The notes under the pieces are model-generated. The model ran no database searches, was not told where the DNA came from, and saw nothing but the letters and a program-made list of their open reading frames with translations. Shown piece after piece: positions 19,301-30,272 of a stretch of 43,158 bases of DNA. Each line of letters starts with the position of its first letter. Position 1 is the stretch's first letter. The position numbers were made by a program, and so were the translations under genes. The stretch comes from Pseudomonadota bacterium (GTDB taxonomy: Bacteria > Pseudomonadota > Alphaproteobacteria > SMXQ01), in assembly GCA_022545545.1 (NCBI GenBank), contig JACZQV010000003.1:1-43158 (forward strand), in the 5' to 3' direction.

Positions 19301-19875
19301 CGACGCCGCTCACCCCTTCCAGATCCGGGGTTGAGGCCGCCGAGCCGGCGGTGCGCTCGCCCTTGGGTTCAGACGAAGGGGCGGGATTCGCCCGCGGGCG
19401 CATCATCCACCGCCTGCTCCAGACCCTTCCCGCCCTGGCGCCCAATGCGCGCGCGAAAGCGACTAGGCGCTATCTCGCCCGCCCGGTCCTGGCGCTCGGC
19501 GGGGACGCGCAGGCGGAAATCGCCGAAGAGACCCTGAGGGTGCTGGACGATCCCGAGTTCCAGGCGCTTTTCGGCGAAGATAGCCTGGCCGAGGTGTCCG
19601 TCGTCGGCGAGGTCAACGGCCATGCCCTTTCGGGACAGATCGACCGTCTGGTGGTCACCGGGGATACGGTCCTGATCGTCGATTACAAGACCAACCGGGG
19701 ACCGCCGGGGAAGGTTTCGGCAACGCCGGAGATCTATCTCCGCCAGATGGCCGCCTACAGGGCCGTGATCGCCGGGATCTATCCCCGCCACGCGGTGAGG
19801 TGCGCCCTGCTATGGACCGACGGCCCTTCCCTGATGGCCATCGACGATGGCTTGCTCGACGGCTACGCGCCTTGA
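16387..19875 (+). CDS. addA: Double-strand break repair helicase-nuclease AddA
   Basis: It carries UvrD-type motifs AASAGTGKTKVLT, CLTFTKAAAAEM, ILIDEAQDTNPEQ and VMTVHGAKGLQAPIVFL. The C-terminal RecB-type nuclease region reads GQIDRLVV...LIVDYKTN. I chose the GTG at 16387, which overlaps the addB stop (GTGA). The track ORF starts at 16348. Confidence 0.85.
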   Translation: MTAKVVKFRDADAAQRPAANPGLSLWVAASAGTGKTKVLTDRVLALLLNGTRPERILCLTFTKAAAAEMANRVHERLGKWAREDDESLARSLEGLTGAPADGETMSRARRLFTDVLEVPGGMKIQTIHAFCQSLLRRFPVEADIAPHFEVMDERTAAEVLEAARNDVLNSARQAGGEGADAALAGALAEATAYVHEDEFTDLMADLAKERGRLRRLIEGAGGVEEVIAALYEALGAEPGEDARTIDAAASADGAFDGDALSAAVEALNEGSAGDRERARVIGRWLADTVSRAAAFDDYRKAYLTADGAPRKTLITKKAAAAAPGAEAALSTEAERLLEVAEDRKKAVVAAATAAALSLGAGLLTAYRRQKSRRALLDYDDLILMTRDLLRQTDKAPWVLFKLDGGLDHILIDEAQDTNPEQWEVIAALAEEFFAGLGAREEMRTVFAVGDAKQSIYSFQRADPAAFEAMRAQFRARVDAAGKRWRNLDLDISFRSTTAVLSAIDAIFSHQSASDGVGPPGHVIEHIANRTGQAGIVELWPPAEPGEADETEPWQAAVTPERIASPRARTARLIARTIRGWIDRGEMLESKDRPVRTGDIMVLVRQRTGFVEELVRALKQLSVPVAGIDRMVLTDQLPVMDLIALGRFLLLAEDDLTLATVLKGPLIGLDEDRLFTLAHGRGEASLWEVLKLKAREAEDGDFARAHSYLAGLLARVDYSRPYELFAEVLNAKGGRRKLLRRLGPDADDPLNEFLALALAYERVAAPSLQGFLHWVEAGEAEIKRDLEQGARNEVRVMTVHGAKGLQAPIVFLPDTMQAPVSSPRLLWLERPDMAAPLPLWAPRRGHEDALTRSLRADANLLRDQEYRRLLYVALTRAEDRLYICGWRQAKTPPEGCWYNLVKAGLDDIAEKVEFDFSRLAGDQDGEWKGTGLRIATVQGAKPEPEDDRADAGAGAGELPSWARAEAPDEPGPPTPLTPSRSGVEAAEPAVRSPLGSDEGAGFARGRIIHRLLQTLPALAPNARAKATRRYLARPVLALGGDAQAEIAEETLRVLDDPEFQALFGEDSLAEVSVVGEVNGHALSGQIDRLVVTGDTVLIVDYKTNRGPPGKVSATPEIYLRQMAAYRAVIAGIYPRHAVRCALLWTDGPSLMAIDDGLLDGYAP

Positions 19876-19966
19876 CTGGGATTATCCGGCCCCTTAGAGT
19901 CTGCTGCGTCTTGCCCGGGGAGGGGAAGGTGCGAATATAAAATGTTAGCAAATCGGGGATGTAGCT

Positions 19967-20287
19967 ATGAGTTTAACACAGGTAACCGACTCCTCCTTCG
20001 AGTCCGATGTCCTCAAAGCCGAAAACGCGGTTCTCGTTGATTTTTGGGCCGAGTGGTGCGCGCCGTGCCTGCAGATCGCGCCCGCTCTCGAGGAACTGGC
20101 GAAGGACATGAACGGCAAAGTTACCGTGGCCAAACTCAATATCGATCAGAACCCGGGCACGCCGACGAAATACGGGGTGCGCGGCATCCCCACGTTGATG
20201 CTGTTCAAGGACGGCCAGGTCGCCGCCACCAAGGTCGGCGCGCTGGCCAAGACGAAGCTTTACGAGTGGGTCGAATCGGTGCTCTGA
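19967..20287 (+). CDS. trxA: Thioredoxin with a variant WCAPC active site
   Basis: A 106-aa protein: ...[17 protein letters not shown]...[16 protein letters not shown].... This is the canonical Trx fold pattern except for Gly to Ala in the CxxC motif. Confidence 0.9.
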   Translation: MSLTQVTDSSFESDVLKAENAVLVDFWAEWCAPCLQIAPALEELAKDMNGKVTVAKLNIDQNPGTPTKYGVRGIPTLMLFKDGQVAATKVGALAKTKLYEWVESVL

Positions 20288-20355
20288 CCCTTGCCGGGCA
20301 CCCGCCGCCCTCGCACATTTCCTTCATTTTCTTTATTGCCATCGGCTTCGCCGAA

Positions 20356-21807
20356 CTAGACGCTTGCGGCGCTGCTCGAGGCGGGCCCGTCTCGGGCCGG
20401 CAATGGGGGAGAAGTAGCGGCGGCAATCCCCGCCGGCGCCGTCTCGGTGACGGGTTTCGCCGCCCAGGCGCCGGAAGCCATGCCGCCGTTCTCCGCCAGC
20501 ACCGCGCCCGCGAGGTAGAGGGAGCCCGAGATCAGCACCCGCGCCGGGCATGCCGCCCGCCGCGCGATGGCCGTAAGGGCATCGGAGATGGAAGCCGACG
20601 GTTGGGCATCGATGCCGGTGGCGATCGCCGCCGCCGTCACCTGCCGGGCGCCGAGGCTCGCCTCTTCGCCGGGGATGGCGATGCAGCGCGCCGCCTCCAC
20701 GAACGGCGCCAGGGGCTCGAGAAATTCGGCCGGTTCCTTGCTGTTGAGCATCCCGACGATCAGGAACAAAGGCTTATCGGTCCACGCCTGCGCGACCCGC
20801 GCCAGGGCCGCGCCGGCGGCGGCGTTGTGTCCGCCGTCGAGCCAGACTTCCGAATCCCCGGGCGCGTATTCGTCGAACCGGTCGATCAGCGGGCCGGAGC
20901 ATAAGCGCTCCAAACGGCCCGGCCATTCGACGCGGCGCAACCCTTCGGCGATGGCGAGAGGGCCGACGTCGTAACCTTGTAGCAAGTCGAGCGCGGCGAT
21001 GGCGGTCCCGGCGTTGTCGACCTGATGGGGACCGGCGAGGGCGGAGGGCGGAAGCTCCAGGGTCTCGGCGCCGTTCGACCAGACGATGCCGCCACCGTTC
21101 GCGGTGACCGACCATTCCTCGCCGAAGCGCGACATCGGCGAGCCGATTTCCCCGGCACGGTCGGCCAGCACCGTCGCCGCCACCGGTGTCTGGGGCCCCA
21201 TCACCACGCCGACGCCGGGCTTGAGAATTCCCGCCTTCTCGCCGGCGATCAACTCGATCGTATCGCCCAGGAACTGGACATGGTCCCTGGAGACCGGAGT
21301 GATCACGGCGAGCAGCGGCCGCGCCAGCACGTTGGTCGCATCCAACCTGCCGCCAAGCCCGCTTTCGATCAGGGTGATGTCGCCGGGCGACTTCGCGAAG
21401 GCGAGGAAGGCGCAGGCGGTGGTCATCTCGAAGAAGGTGATGGGATCGTCGCCGTTGGCCGCCTCGCACTCTTCCAGCAGGGCAATCAAGGCCTCATCGC
21501 CGATCGCTCCGTCGGCGGTGTGGATGCGCTCGTTGAAGCTGATGAGATGAGGCGAGGTGTAGGCGTTGACCCTGTAGCCCGCGGCTTCGAGCATGGCCCG
21601 AAGATGGGCGATGACCGAACCCTTGCCGTTGGTGCCGGCGACATGCATCGCCGGCGGCATGCGCCGTTCCGGATGGTCGAGGGCGGCCAACAGACGTTCG
21701 ATCCGTCCAAGGGACAGGTCGATCTTCTTGGGATGAAGGGCCGTCAGGCGGCCGACGACGTCGTCACTCGTCGGCCGTGGGGTTCTCTTCGCGTTTGTTG
21801 TCGGCAT
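20356..21807 (-). CDS. folC: Bifunctional dihydrofolate synthase/folylpolyglutamate synthase
   Basis: Contains HVAGTNGKGS (Mur-ligase P-loop), followed by ...YTSPHLISFNERI...SGSLYLAG.... It has a roughly 40-aa Ala/Pro/Ser-rich C-terminal tail. The start overlaps the accD 3' end. Confidence 0.9.
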   Translation of the reverse strand: MPTTNAKRTPRPTSDDVVGRLTALHPKKIDLSLGRIERLLAALDHPERRMPPAMHVAGTNGKGSVIAHLRAMLEAAGYRVNAYTSPHLISFNERIHTADGAIGDEALIALLEECEAANGDDPITFFEMTTACAFLAFAKSPGDITLIESGLGGRLDATNVLARPLLAVITPVSRDHVQFLGDTIELIAGEKAGILKPGVGVVMGPQTPVAATVLADRAGEIGSPMSRFGEEWSVTANGGGIVWSNGAETLELPPSALAGPHQVDNAGTAIAALDLLQGYDVGPLAIAEGLRRVEWPGRLERLCSGPLIDRFDEYAPGDSEVWLDGGHNAAAGAALARVAQAWTDKPLFLIVGMLNSKEPAEFLEPLAPFVEAARCIAIPGEEASLGARQVTAAAIATGIDAQPSASISDALTAIARRAACPARVLISGSLYLAGAVLAENGGMASGAWAAKPVTETAPAGIAAATSPPLPARDGPASSSAASV

Positions 21808-22729
21808 TCTTCTTTTTCGGGTTGCCCGCCGCCAGATGCGGTGCTTCGGAAGGGGTGAGCGGCACGATCTCGGCGGCGGGAGTCGGGTTTCGGAGAAGGC
21901 CGAGGATACGGATCAGGGTCTCGCGCAACTCCTTGCGCGGCACCACCATGTCGATCATACCGTGTTCGAGGAGATATTCGGCGCGCTGGAAACCCTCTGG
22001 CAGTTTTTCGCGTATGGTGTCCCCGATCACGCGCGACCCGGCGAAGCCGATGATCGCGCCGGGCTCGCCGATGGCGATGTCGCCCAGCATGGCGAAGGAT
22101 GCCGTCACCCCGCCGGTGGTGGGGTCGGTCAGGACGACGATGTAGGGCAGGCCGGCCTCCTTGACCTCGTCGACGGCGATGGTGGTGCGCGGCATTTGCA
22201 TCAGCGACAGCACCCCTTCCTGCATGCGCGCGCCGCCCGATGATGGGAACACCAGCAGCGGCGCCTTCTGAAGCACGGCGAGGCGGGCGGCGGCGATGAA
22301 CCCCTCGCCGACGGCGATTCCCATGGAACCGCCGAGGAACCGGAAATCGAAAACGGCCATGACCACCCCGATGCCGCCGATCTTGCCGTGGGCGACGACC
22401 AGGGCGTCCTGGGTGTCGGTCAGGTTGTGGGCTTCCTTGAGGCGGTCGGTGTAGCGCTTCCTGTCCCGGAACTTCAGGGGATCGACGATCGTCTCCGGCA
22501 GTTCGATGCTCTGGTACTCGCCGTCGTCCATCGTCATCTTGAGCCGCTGTTCCGCCGAGATCCGCAGGTGATGGCCGCAATGGGTGCAGACATAGAGATT
22601 GGCGGCAAGTTCGCGGTGGAAGATCATCTCCTCGCAGGCCGGGCACTTGTTCCAGAGGTTTTCCGGTACGTCCTCTTTTCGCACCAGAGCGCGGATCTTC
22701 GGGCGAACGAAGTTGGTCAGCCAGTTCAT
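21764..22729 (-). CDS. accD: Acetyl-CoA carboxylase carboxyltransferase beta subunit
   Basis: Begins MNWLTNFVRPKI and carries the zinc ribbon CPACEEMIFHRELAANLYVCTHCGHH. It then has ...FDFRFLGGSMG... Confidence 0.95.
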   Translation of the reverse strand: MNWLTNFVRPKIRALVRKEDVPENLWNKCPACEEMIFHRELAANLYVCTHCGHHLRISAEQRLKMTMDDGEYQSIELPETIVDPLKFRDRKRYTDRLKEAHNLTDTQDALVVAHGKIGGIGVVMAVFDFRFLGGSMGIAVGEGFIAAARLAVLQKAPLLVFPSSGGARMQEGVLSLMQMPRTTIAVDEVKEAGLPYIVVLTDPTTGGVTASFAMLGDIAIGEPGAIIGFAGSRVIGDTIREKLPEGFQRAEYLLEHGMIDMVVPRKELRETLIRILGLLRNPTPAAEIVPLTPSEAPHLAAGNPKKKNADNKREENPTADE

Positions 22730-22732
22730 CGG

Positions 22733-23619
22733 TCACGACCCCTTGGCGGACGACAATCGCCGATCGCCGGCGGCGGGTGCATCGAGGCGGGCGTTGCGCA
22801 CGCCCTCGGCCAGCTCTCTGGCGCATTCGAGAACGGACGCCACCAGCCCCGCTTTCGCCTCCCCGGATGCATCGGCGCCCTCGGCGATCCTATTGACCAG
22901 GGCCGATCCCACCACGGCGGCGTCCGCCACCCTCGCGATCGCCGCCGCCTGTTCAGGGGTCTTGATGCCGAAACCGACGGCGATGGGAAGTTCGGTGCTC
23001 TCGCGCAGGCGCGAAACGGCGCCCGCCACCGCTTCGCTGTCCACCGACTTGGTGCCGGTTATCCCGGTGATCGAGACGAAATAGATGAAGCCCGAGGTGT
23101 TGGTGAGCACCTTGGGCAGGCGTTTCTCGTCGGTCGTCGGCGTCGCCAGGCGGATGAAATGGAGGCCCGCTTCAAGCGCCGGCAGGCACAGCTCTTCATC
23201 CTCCTCGGGCGGCAAATCGACGACGATCAGCCCGTCGACGCCGGCCGCGAGCGCGTCATCGATGAAGCGCTCGACGCCATAGATGTAGATGGGGTTGTAA
23301 TAGCCCATGAGCACGACCGGCGTCCCGTCGTCGCCGTCACGGAAGGCGCCGACGAGTTCGAGGGTGCGCTTGAGACTCCCACCCGCCTTGAGCGCCCGCT
23401 GGCTCGAGGCCTGGATCGCCGGCCCGTCGGCCATGGGATCGGAGAAGGGCATGCCCAACTCGATCAGGTCCGCGCCGGCCGCCGGCAGGCCCTTTACGAT
23501 GGCGAGAGAGGTCTCGAAATCGGGATCGCCGGCGGTGACGAAGGTGACGAACCCGGCCCGGCCCTCGGCCCTGAGACCGGCGAAGCGTTCGGCGATCCTG
23601 TCGGCGGCGGCATTCCCCA

Positions 23620-23620
<1 letters not shown>
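22733..23620 (-). CDS. trpA: Tryptophan synthase alpha chain
   Basis: Begins [34 protein letters not shown], followed by ...[17 protein letters not shown]...[13 protein letters not shown]. The ATG (complement of 23618-23620) overlaps the trpB stop as TGATG. Confidence 0.9.
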
Positions 23621-24837
<1,217 letters not shown>

Positions 24838-25018
24838 CGGCTCTCCTGGCGCGCCGTCGGGATTTTCAGGCGCGTTTTCCCTCGATCCCGCCGCTTGGGG
24901 CCGGCTTCACAATAGCCCCAGAGGGGGTATATTCCAATCCCTGCCTTTGACCGGACCCGGCGGCGAGAGCACCGTCCGGCCAGCACGGGGCCGCCGCCGC
25001 CGGCCTCTTCACTCCGCC

Positions 25019-26437
25019 TTACTTCTTTGCCAGCGATTCGATCGCCTGCTCGACCATCGCTCTTTTGGCGCTTCCGGGCGGCAATTTCTCGAGAAGCCGG
25101 CGCCACAGCCCGGCGGCCTCGTCCCCATCGCCGGCCTCGCTGGCGGCCCGCCCCAGGTTCCACAATCCCTCCCGGTTGCCCGGATCGAGCGCGACCACCC
25201 GGCGCATGATGGCGATGAAATCGGCGGGCAGCCGCGCGGGCTGACCGGCGGCGTCGAGGACGGCGCCGGCGTGAAGCAGAAGCACGGGGATGTCCTTGGG
25301 CCTGAGCGCCGCCGCCCGGGCGTAGGCGTCGCGCGCGGCATCGTGCCGGCCCAGCACCGCGTAAGAGCGCCCCAACCGCCGCCAACCGTCGAAATCGTCC
25401 GGCCGGGACTCGAGACGCGCAGCCAGGCGGGCCACCATGGTTTCGATCATCGCCTGGCGTTCGTTCGCGCCCATCCGCGACGCCGCCGCGATATCGGCCC
25501 GGTCGGGGCCGGGCGGCGGCGCCTTCCCAGGTCGGATTTCGGCCGCCGGGCCCGCGGGCGGTCTAAGCTTGCTGATGTCAATGTTTTGTTCTTTCGCGAT
25601 CCGTGAGATCCGTTTTCGAAGTTCCGCCGACCACGGCGCGTCGGCGTCCGCTCCCCCCGCCAGCGTCAGCCACATCCGCAACGCTTCGCTCGTCTTGCCT
25701 TCCTGAAGCAGCGCCAGTCCCAGATAATAACTCGCCCGGACATTGGCGCCGTTCCTCGCCAGCGCTTCGATGAATGCCGCCCGGGCGACCGGCGTGATCA
25801 CGCCGCCGCTCGCCATCATCAGCACCTCGCCATAGGCGGCGGTGATGTCGGAGAGTGTTTCCGGCTTCTCGCTGGCCAGCGGGATGGCGCGGCCGTAGGC
25901 CGTGGCGGCGTCGTCGAAACGCTCGAGTTGGGTATAGGTCGAGGCCAACAGCAACCAGCCCTTGAGATCGCCCGGCGATCGTTCGAGCCTGTTGGCGAGC
26001 TTGGCGACCAGGACCTCGATCTCGGCGTGGGATGGACCTTGGGCCGGTGCGCGCCCGGCGAGGGGCTGCCCGGTTAGGCCGGGGGAGCCGAGATACAGAT
26101 AACCGAGTCCCGCCGCCAGCGGTAGCGAGATGACGATGACACCAGCCGCGACGAGGATCGGGCGCCGCGACGGGACCGCTTTACCGCCGGGTTCCGCCGG
26201 TTCCGCACTCTTCGCCGCCGCCAGCAGGCGTCTCTCGATCTCGGACCTCGCCGCTTCGGCCTGATCTTCGGTGACGACGCCACGCTCGAGATCGCGCCCT
26301 ATTTCGTCGAGCTGATCGCGATAGATGACGATGTCATAGGCCTCGCGCCCGATGGTTGCGCCTTCGCGGCGCCAAAGGGGGAAGAGCAGCAAGGCGAGCG
26401 CCGCCAGGGTCATCGCGCCCAACACCGGCCACAGCAT
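25019..26437 (-). CDS. ccmI: Cytochrome c-type biogenesis protein CcmI (CycH), TPR protein
   Basis: It has two N-terminal TM helices flanking a charged loop (YRDQLDEIGRDLERG), then TPR-like repeats. It lies directly downstream of ccmH. The ATG overlaps the ccmH stop as TGATG (an alternative TTG start is at 26440). Confidence 0.8.
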   Translation of the reverse strand: MLWPVLGAMTLAALALLLFPLWRREGATIGREAYDIVIYRDQLDEIGRDLERGVVTEDQAEAARSEIERRLLAAAKSAEPAEPGGKAVPSRRPILVAAGVIVISLPLAAGLGYLYLGSPGLTGQPLAGRAPAQGPSHAEIEVLVAKLANRLERSPGDLKGWLLLASTYTQLERFDDAATAYGRAIPLASEKPETLSDITAAYGEVLMMASGGVITPVARAAFIEALARNGANVRASYYLGLALLQEGKTSEALRMWLTLAGGADADAPWSAELRKRISRIAKEQNIDISKLRPPAGPAAEIRPGKAPPPGPDRADIAAASRMGANERQAMIETMVARLAARLESRPDDFDGWRRLGRSYAVLGRHDAARDAYARAAALRPKDIPVLLLHAGAVLDAAGQPARLPADFIAIMRRVVALDPGNREGLWNLGRAASEAGDGDEAAGLWRRLLEKLPPGSAKRAMVEQAIESLAKK

Positions 26438-26949
26438 CAACGCTCTCCCCTCTCATCCTCATCCTCGCCGAGCAAGGCCTCGAGGCGTCTGCGATCGTCC
26501 TCGCTCAACGTCGGGGAAGCCGTGATCCGCGTCCCGCGGCGGCGGACGAAAAAGAAGACCAGCGTCGCCATCGCCCCGAGCAGGATCAGGAGGGGGCCGA
26601 ACCACAGGATATAGGTCACCGGTTTCATCGGCGGCTTGAGCAGCACGAAGTCACCGTAGCGGTCGACGACGAAGCGGAAGACGGCCTCGTCGCTGTCTCC
26701 GGCCTTCAGGCGCTGGCGCACCAGGACGCGGAGGTCGCGCGCGAGCCCGGCGTCGGAATCGTCGATCGACTGGTTCTGACAGACCAGGCAGCGCAATCCC
26801 TTGCTGATCGCGCGCGCCCGCGCTTCCATCGCCGCATCCGCCAGCATCTCGTCGGGTTTCACCGCCAAGGCCCGGTCTCCGGGCGCCGAGGTGAGCGCCA
26901 GGACGGCGAGAATGGCGGCGAGGACGACGGTGCGGTGTTTGGCCTTCAC
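26437..26949 (-). CDS. ccmH: Cytochrome c-type biogenesis protein CcmH (CycL)
   Basis: It has a signal peptide and the motif LRCLVCQNQSIDDSDA (LRCxxC), followed by a C-terminal TM helix. Confidence 0.85.
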   Translation of the reverse strand: MKAKHRTVVLAAILAVLALTSAPGDRALAVKPDEMLADAAMEARARAISKGLRCLVCQNQSIDDSDAGLARDLRVLVRQRLKAGDSDEAVFRFVVDRYGDFVLLKPPMKPVTYILWFGPLLILLGAMATLVFFFVRRRGTRITASPTLSEDDRRRLEALLGEDEDERGER

Positions 26950-27485
26950 TCGCTCAGCCTTTCGATGATCGGCACGATGATTTCGTCCAGGTCAGAGGGC
27001 GTGATCGGTCCCACATGCTTGTAGCGGATGCGCCCCTCGGCATCGATGATGAAGGTCTCGGGCACCCCGTAGACCCCCCAGTCGATGGCGATACGCCCGT
27101 CCCTATCGACGCCGATGCGATCGTAGGGATTGCCGAGTTCCTTGAGCCAGGCGCGCGCGTCCTCGGGCCGGTCCTTGTAGTTGAGGCCGAAGATTCGGAC
27201 CTTCGGGTTTCGCGCCAGGCGCATGAGAAGGGGATGCTCGACCCGGCACGGGAAACACCAAGACGCGAAGACGTTGACGATCGAGACCCGGCCGGTGAGA
27301 TCGGCGCTGGAGAACCCCTTCCCACTCTCCACCCCGTCGCCGGGAAGCCCGGCGAGGGTGAACTCTGGCACCGGCTTATCGATCAGCGCCGAGGGCACGA
27401 CATTGGGCTTGAGCGTCAGCCCGACACCGAAGGCGGCCGCGACGGTGGCGAATACGACGAGGGGAATGACGTAGACGAGGCGCAT
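26946..27485 (-). CDS. ccmG: Thiol:disulfide interchange protein CcmG/DsbE (CycY)
   Basis: It has an N-terminal anchor and the thioredoxin-like motif NVFASWCFPCRVEHP. It also has ...GVYGVPETFIID... Confidence 0.85.
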   Translation of the reverse strand: MRLVYVIPLVVFATVAAAFGVGLTLKPNVVPSALIDKPVPEFTLAGLPGDGVESGKGFSSADLTGRVSIVNVFASWCFPCRVEHPLLMRLARNPKVRIFGLNYKDRPEDARAWLKELGNPYDRIGVDRDGRIAIDWGVYGVPETFIIDAEGRIRYKHVGPITPSDLDEIIVPIIERLSE

Positions 27486-27497
27486 AACGGTGTGAGT

Positions 27498-29504
27498 TTA
27501 GGCGGTTGCCGGTCGGGCCCCGCCGCCCGGCGGTTTCGTCCTGGCGGCGGTCTTTCTTGCCCGCGCCGGGGCGCCGACACGGTGGCGGCGGTCGGTAAGC
27601 GAAACGAGGCCTCCCAGCGCCATCAGCACGGCGCCGACCCATATCCAGGGCACCAGCGGGTTGTGATAAAGCCTGACGGTCCACCCACCTTTTTCGTCGG
27701 CATCGCCGACCACGGCGTAAAGGTCGGCGAACCAGGTGGTGTGGATCGCCGCTTCGGTCGTCGTCATGTTGCGCACCGGATAGAACCGCCGTTCCGCCGT
27801 CAACGTCGCCACGTCCCTGCCGTCGAGGGTCACTTCGAAGGTGCCGCGCTTGACCGTGTAGTTGGGTCCCTCCGTCTCCTCGACACCGGCGAAGACGAAG
27901 CTATAGCCCGCGAGCTCGACGCTATCGCCCTTGGTCATGACCAGGATCTTCTCGGTCTGCCACGCCGAGGAAGCGGTTATGCCGGCGACGACGATGCCAA
28001 GGGCGGCGTGGGCGATGGTCATGCCGAAGGCCGAGCGCGGCAGGTGCCTGAGGCGCGAGAGAGAGGCGGCGAAGGGAATGCGGAAGAGCTTGATCCGTCC
28101 GGCGAACTCCATGAGCGAGCCGAGGACCAGCCACGCGGCGAGACCGATACCGGCGGCCGCCAGTACCTGCCCGCCCATCGCATACCAGGCGCCAAGGGTG
28201 ACGATCATCCCGACGCCTAGGGCGAATTTGAGCCGCCCGATGACGCCCTTGATGTCGCCCCGTTTCCACGCCAGCATCGGGCCAACGGCCATGGCCATGA
28301 CCAGCGGCGTCATGATCGGAATGAAGGTGGCGTTGAAATAGGGCGCGCCGACCGACACCTTGCCGAGATCGAGCGCATCGAGGAACAGGGGGTAGAGCGT
28401 GCCGAGGAACACCGTGGCGCAGGCGGTCACCAGCAACAGGTTGTTCAGCACCAGCGCCCCTTCCCGCGAGATCGGCGCGAACAGGCCGCCGGCCTTGAGC
28501 TTGGGCGCGCGCGTGGCGAACAGCGCCAAGGATCCTCCGGCGGCGACGATGAGAATCATAAGGATGAAAAGGCCGCGGGCGGGATCGGTGGCGAAGGTGT
28601 GAACCGAGGTAAGAACGCCGGAGCGGACCAGGAAGGTGCCGATCAGGCTGAGGACGAAGGTGGTGATGGCGAGCAGGATGGTCCAGCTCTTGAGCGCGTC
28701 GCGCCGCTCGAGCACGATGGCGGAATGGAGAAGCGCGGTGCCGGCGAGCCAGGGCATGAACGAGGAGTTCTCCACCGGGTCCCAGAACCAGAAGCCGCCC
28801 CAGCCGAGCTCGTAATAGGCCCACCAACTGCCGAGCGCGATGCCGAGCGTGAGCGCACACCAGGCGGCCAGCGTCCAGGGCCGGACCCAGCGTGCCCAGG
28901 CGGGATCGACCCGCCCCTCGATCAACGCCGCGATGGCGAAGGAGAAGGCCACGGAGAAGCCGACATAACCGAGATAAAGGAAGGGGGGATGGAAGGCGAG
29001 GCCGGGATCCTGCAGCAACGGGTTGAGTCCGTTGCCGTCGGCCGGCACCGGCGAGAGCCTGAGAAACGGGTTGGAGGTGAACAGGATGAAGGCCAGGAAT
29101 GCGATGCCGATCCAGCCCTGGACCGCCAGCACCCGGGCGCGCAAGCCCGGCGGAAGGTTGGTCCCGAAGAGCGCCACCATGGCGCCGAACAAGGCCAGGA
29201 TCAGCACCCAGAGCACCATCGAACCCTCGTGATTGCTCCAAACGCCGGATATCTTGTAGAGCAGCGGTTTCGCCGAATGGGAATTCTGGGCGACGTTCTC
29301 GACCGAGAAATCGGACACCACATAGAGGTACGTAAGGCTGGCAAAGGCGATGGCGAGGAAGGCGAATTGCCCGACCGCCGCCACCGACCCGACCGCCATG
29401 AACTTGGGGTCATCGCGCCCGGCGCCCCAAAGCGGCAGCGTGCCTTGGGCGATCGCCAGCGCCAAGGCGAGCAGCAGGGCGTAATGGCCGATTTCCGCGA
29501 TCAC
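27498..29504 (-). CDS. ccmF: Cytochrome c heme lyase subunit CcmF (CycK)
   Basis: A large polytopic protein with the WWD motif [15 protein letters not shown] chose the GTG at 29504 ([11 protein letters not shown], the typical CcmF N-terminus), which overlaps the ccmE stop as GTGA. The track ORF starts 21 nt upstream. Confidence 0.9.
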   Translation of the reverse strand: MIAEIGHYALLLALALAIAQGTLPLWGAGRDDPKFMAVGSVAAVGQFAFLAIAFASLTYLYVVSDFSVENVAQNSHSAKPLLYKISGVWSNHEGSMVLWVLILALFGAMVALFGTNLPPGLRARVLAVQGWIGIAFLAFILFTSNPFLRLSPVPADGNGLNPLLQDPGLAFHPPFLYLGYVGFSVAFSFAIAALIEGRVDPAWARWVRPWTLAAWCALTLGIALGSWWAYYELGWGGFWFWDPVENSSFMPWLAGTALLHSAIVLERRDALKSWTILLAITTFVLSLIGTFLVRSGVLTSVHTFATDPARGLFILMILIVAAGGSLALFATRAPKLKAGGLFAPISREGALVLNNLLLVTACATVFLGTLYPLFLDALDLGKVSVGAPYFNATFIPIMTPLVMAMAVGPMLAWKRGDIKGVIGRLKFALGVGMIVTLGAWYAMGGQVLAAAGIGLAAWLVLGSLMEFAGRIKLFRIPFAASLSRLRHLPRSAFGMTIAHAALGIVVAGITASSAWQTEKILVMTKGDSVELAGYSFVFAGVEETEGPNYTVKRGTFEVTLDGRDVATLTAERRFYPVRNMTTTEAAIHTTWFADLYAVVGDADEKGGWTVRLYHNPLVPWIWVGAVLMALGGLVSLTDRRHRVGAPARARKTAARTKPPGGGARPATA

Positions 29505-29947
29505 GGCGCCGGCGCTCCCTTCCACTGGCCGGATTTTTTCAGGGCGTCGGCGACCTCGGCCGGCATGTAGTTCTCGTCGTGCTTGGCCAGCACCGCGTCC
29601 GCCCGGAACACCCCGCCGGCGTCGATTTTGCCTTCGGCGACGACGCCCTGGCCCTCGCGGAAGAGGTCGGGAAGGATGCCCTTATAGGTGACGGGCAAAG
29701 TGTTGGTGAGGTCGGTGACGATGAATTTCACGCTGACACCGTCGGCGCCGCGCTTGACGCTGTTTTCCGCGACCAGCCCGCCGATCCTCAGGCGCCGGTC
29801 CTTGGGGATGTCTTTCTCGGCGAGGTCCGTCGGCGTGTAGAAGAACACCAGGCTGTCCTCGATGGCGCTGAGCACCAGCGCGGTGGCGGCGCCGAGCCCG
29901 ATCATGGCGAACAGGACGAAGTAAAGCCGGCGCCGTTTGCGTGTCAC
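29501..29947 (-). CDS. ccmE: Heme chaperone CcmE (CycJ)
   Basis: Starts [18 protein letters not shown] (membrane anchor), followed by ...LRIGGLV... and the heme-binding region [10 protein letters not shown]. The GTG overlaps the ccmD stop as GTGA. The upstream part of the track ORF is an Arg/Gly-rich shadow. Confidence 0.85.
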   Translation of the reverse strand: MTRKRRRLYFVLFAMIGLGAATALVLSAIEDSLVFFYTPTDLAEKDIPKDRRLRIGGLVAENSVKRGADGVSVKFIVTDLTNTLPVTYKGILPDLFREGQGVVAEGKIDAGGVFRADAVLAKHDENYMPAEVADALKKSGQWKGAPAP

Positions 29948-30162
29948 CGCCCGTCCCCGTCCGTGCCGTCGGCTTGACCCCCGGCCACCGGCGCCCGGCG
30001 CCGTCTTTGGCCCTGGAGGCTTTCGAGCGTCTCTTCGTTGTCGCGCAGCGTTCTGAGACTTGCCAGCGCCAGACCGATAAGGACGATGGCGGTGACGGCG
30101 AATGCCGGCCACACATAGACGCCGTACCCGTCCATTTCGAAAAACGCCCGAATGCCGTCCAT
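29944..30162 (-). CDS. ccmD: Heme exporter protein CcmD
   Basis: A 72-aa protein beginning [33 protein letters not shown] (single TM), with a charged tail. It sits in the ccmD position immediately upstream of ccmE. Confidence 0.7.
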   Translation of the reverse strand: MDGIRAFFEMDGYGVYVWPAFAVTAIVLIGLALASLRTLRDNEETLESLQGQRRRRAPVAGGQADGTDGDGR

Positions 30163-30195
30163 CGCCGAACCTTAGCTCATTCCGCGCGCCAATGC

Positions 30196-30272
30196 GCACA
30201 AGCCTTCATCTAAGCACAGGCCTCCATCTAAGCACAGGCCTCCATCTAAGCACAGGCCTCCATCTAAGCAAG
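30196..30272. repeat. 18-bp tandem repeat array in the ccmC-ccmD spacer
   Basis: Read directly. There are three perfect units GCACAGGCCTCCATCTAA at 30214-30267. One 16/18 unit lies at 30196-30213, and a partial unit lies at the right end. Confidence 0.95.

Noticed and set aside
27922-29241. A 439-aa minus-strand ORF inside ccmF, together with the plus-strand ORFs 27015..28220 and 28599..29570.
   Set aside because: They are off-frame or antisense shadows of ccmF and ccmG. The real frames carry the WWD and CxxC motifs.
30196-30272. The tandem array considered as a CRISPR array.
   Set aside because: The units are directly adjacent 18-mers with no spacers. There are no cas genes, and the array sits inside an operon.
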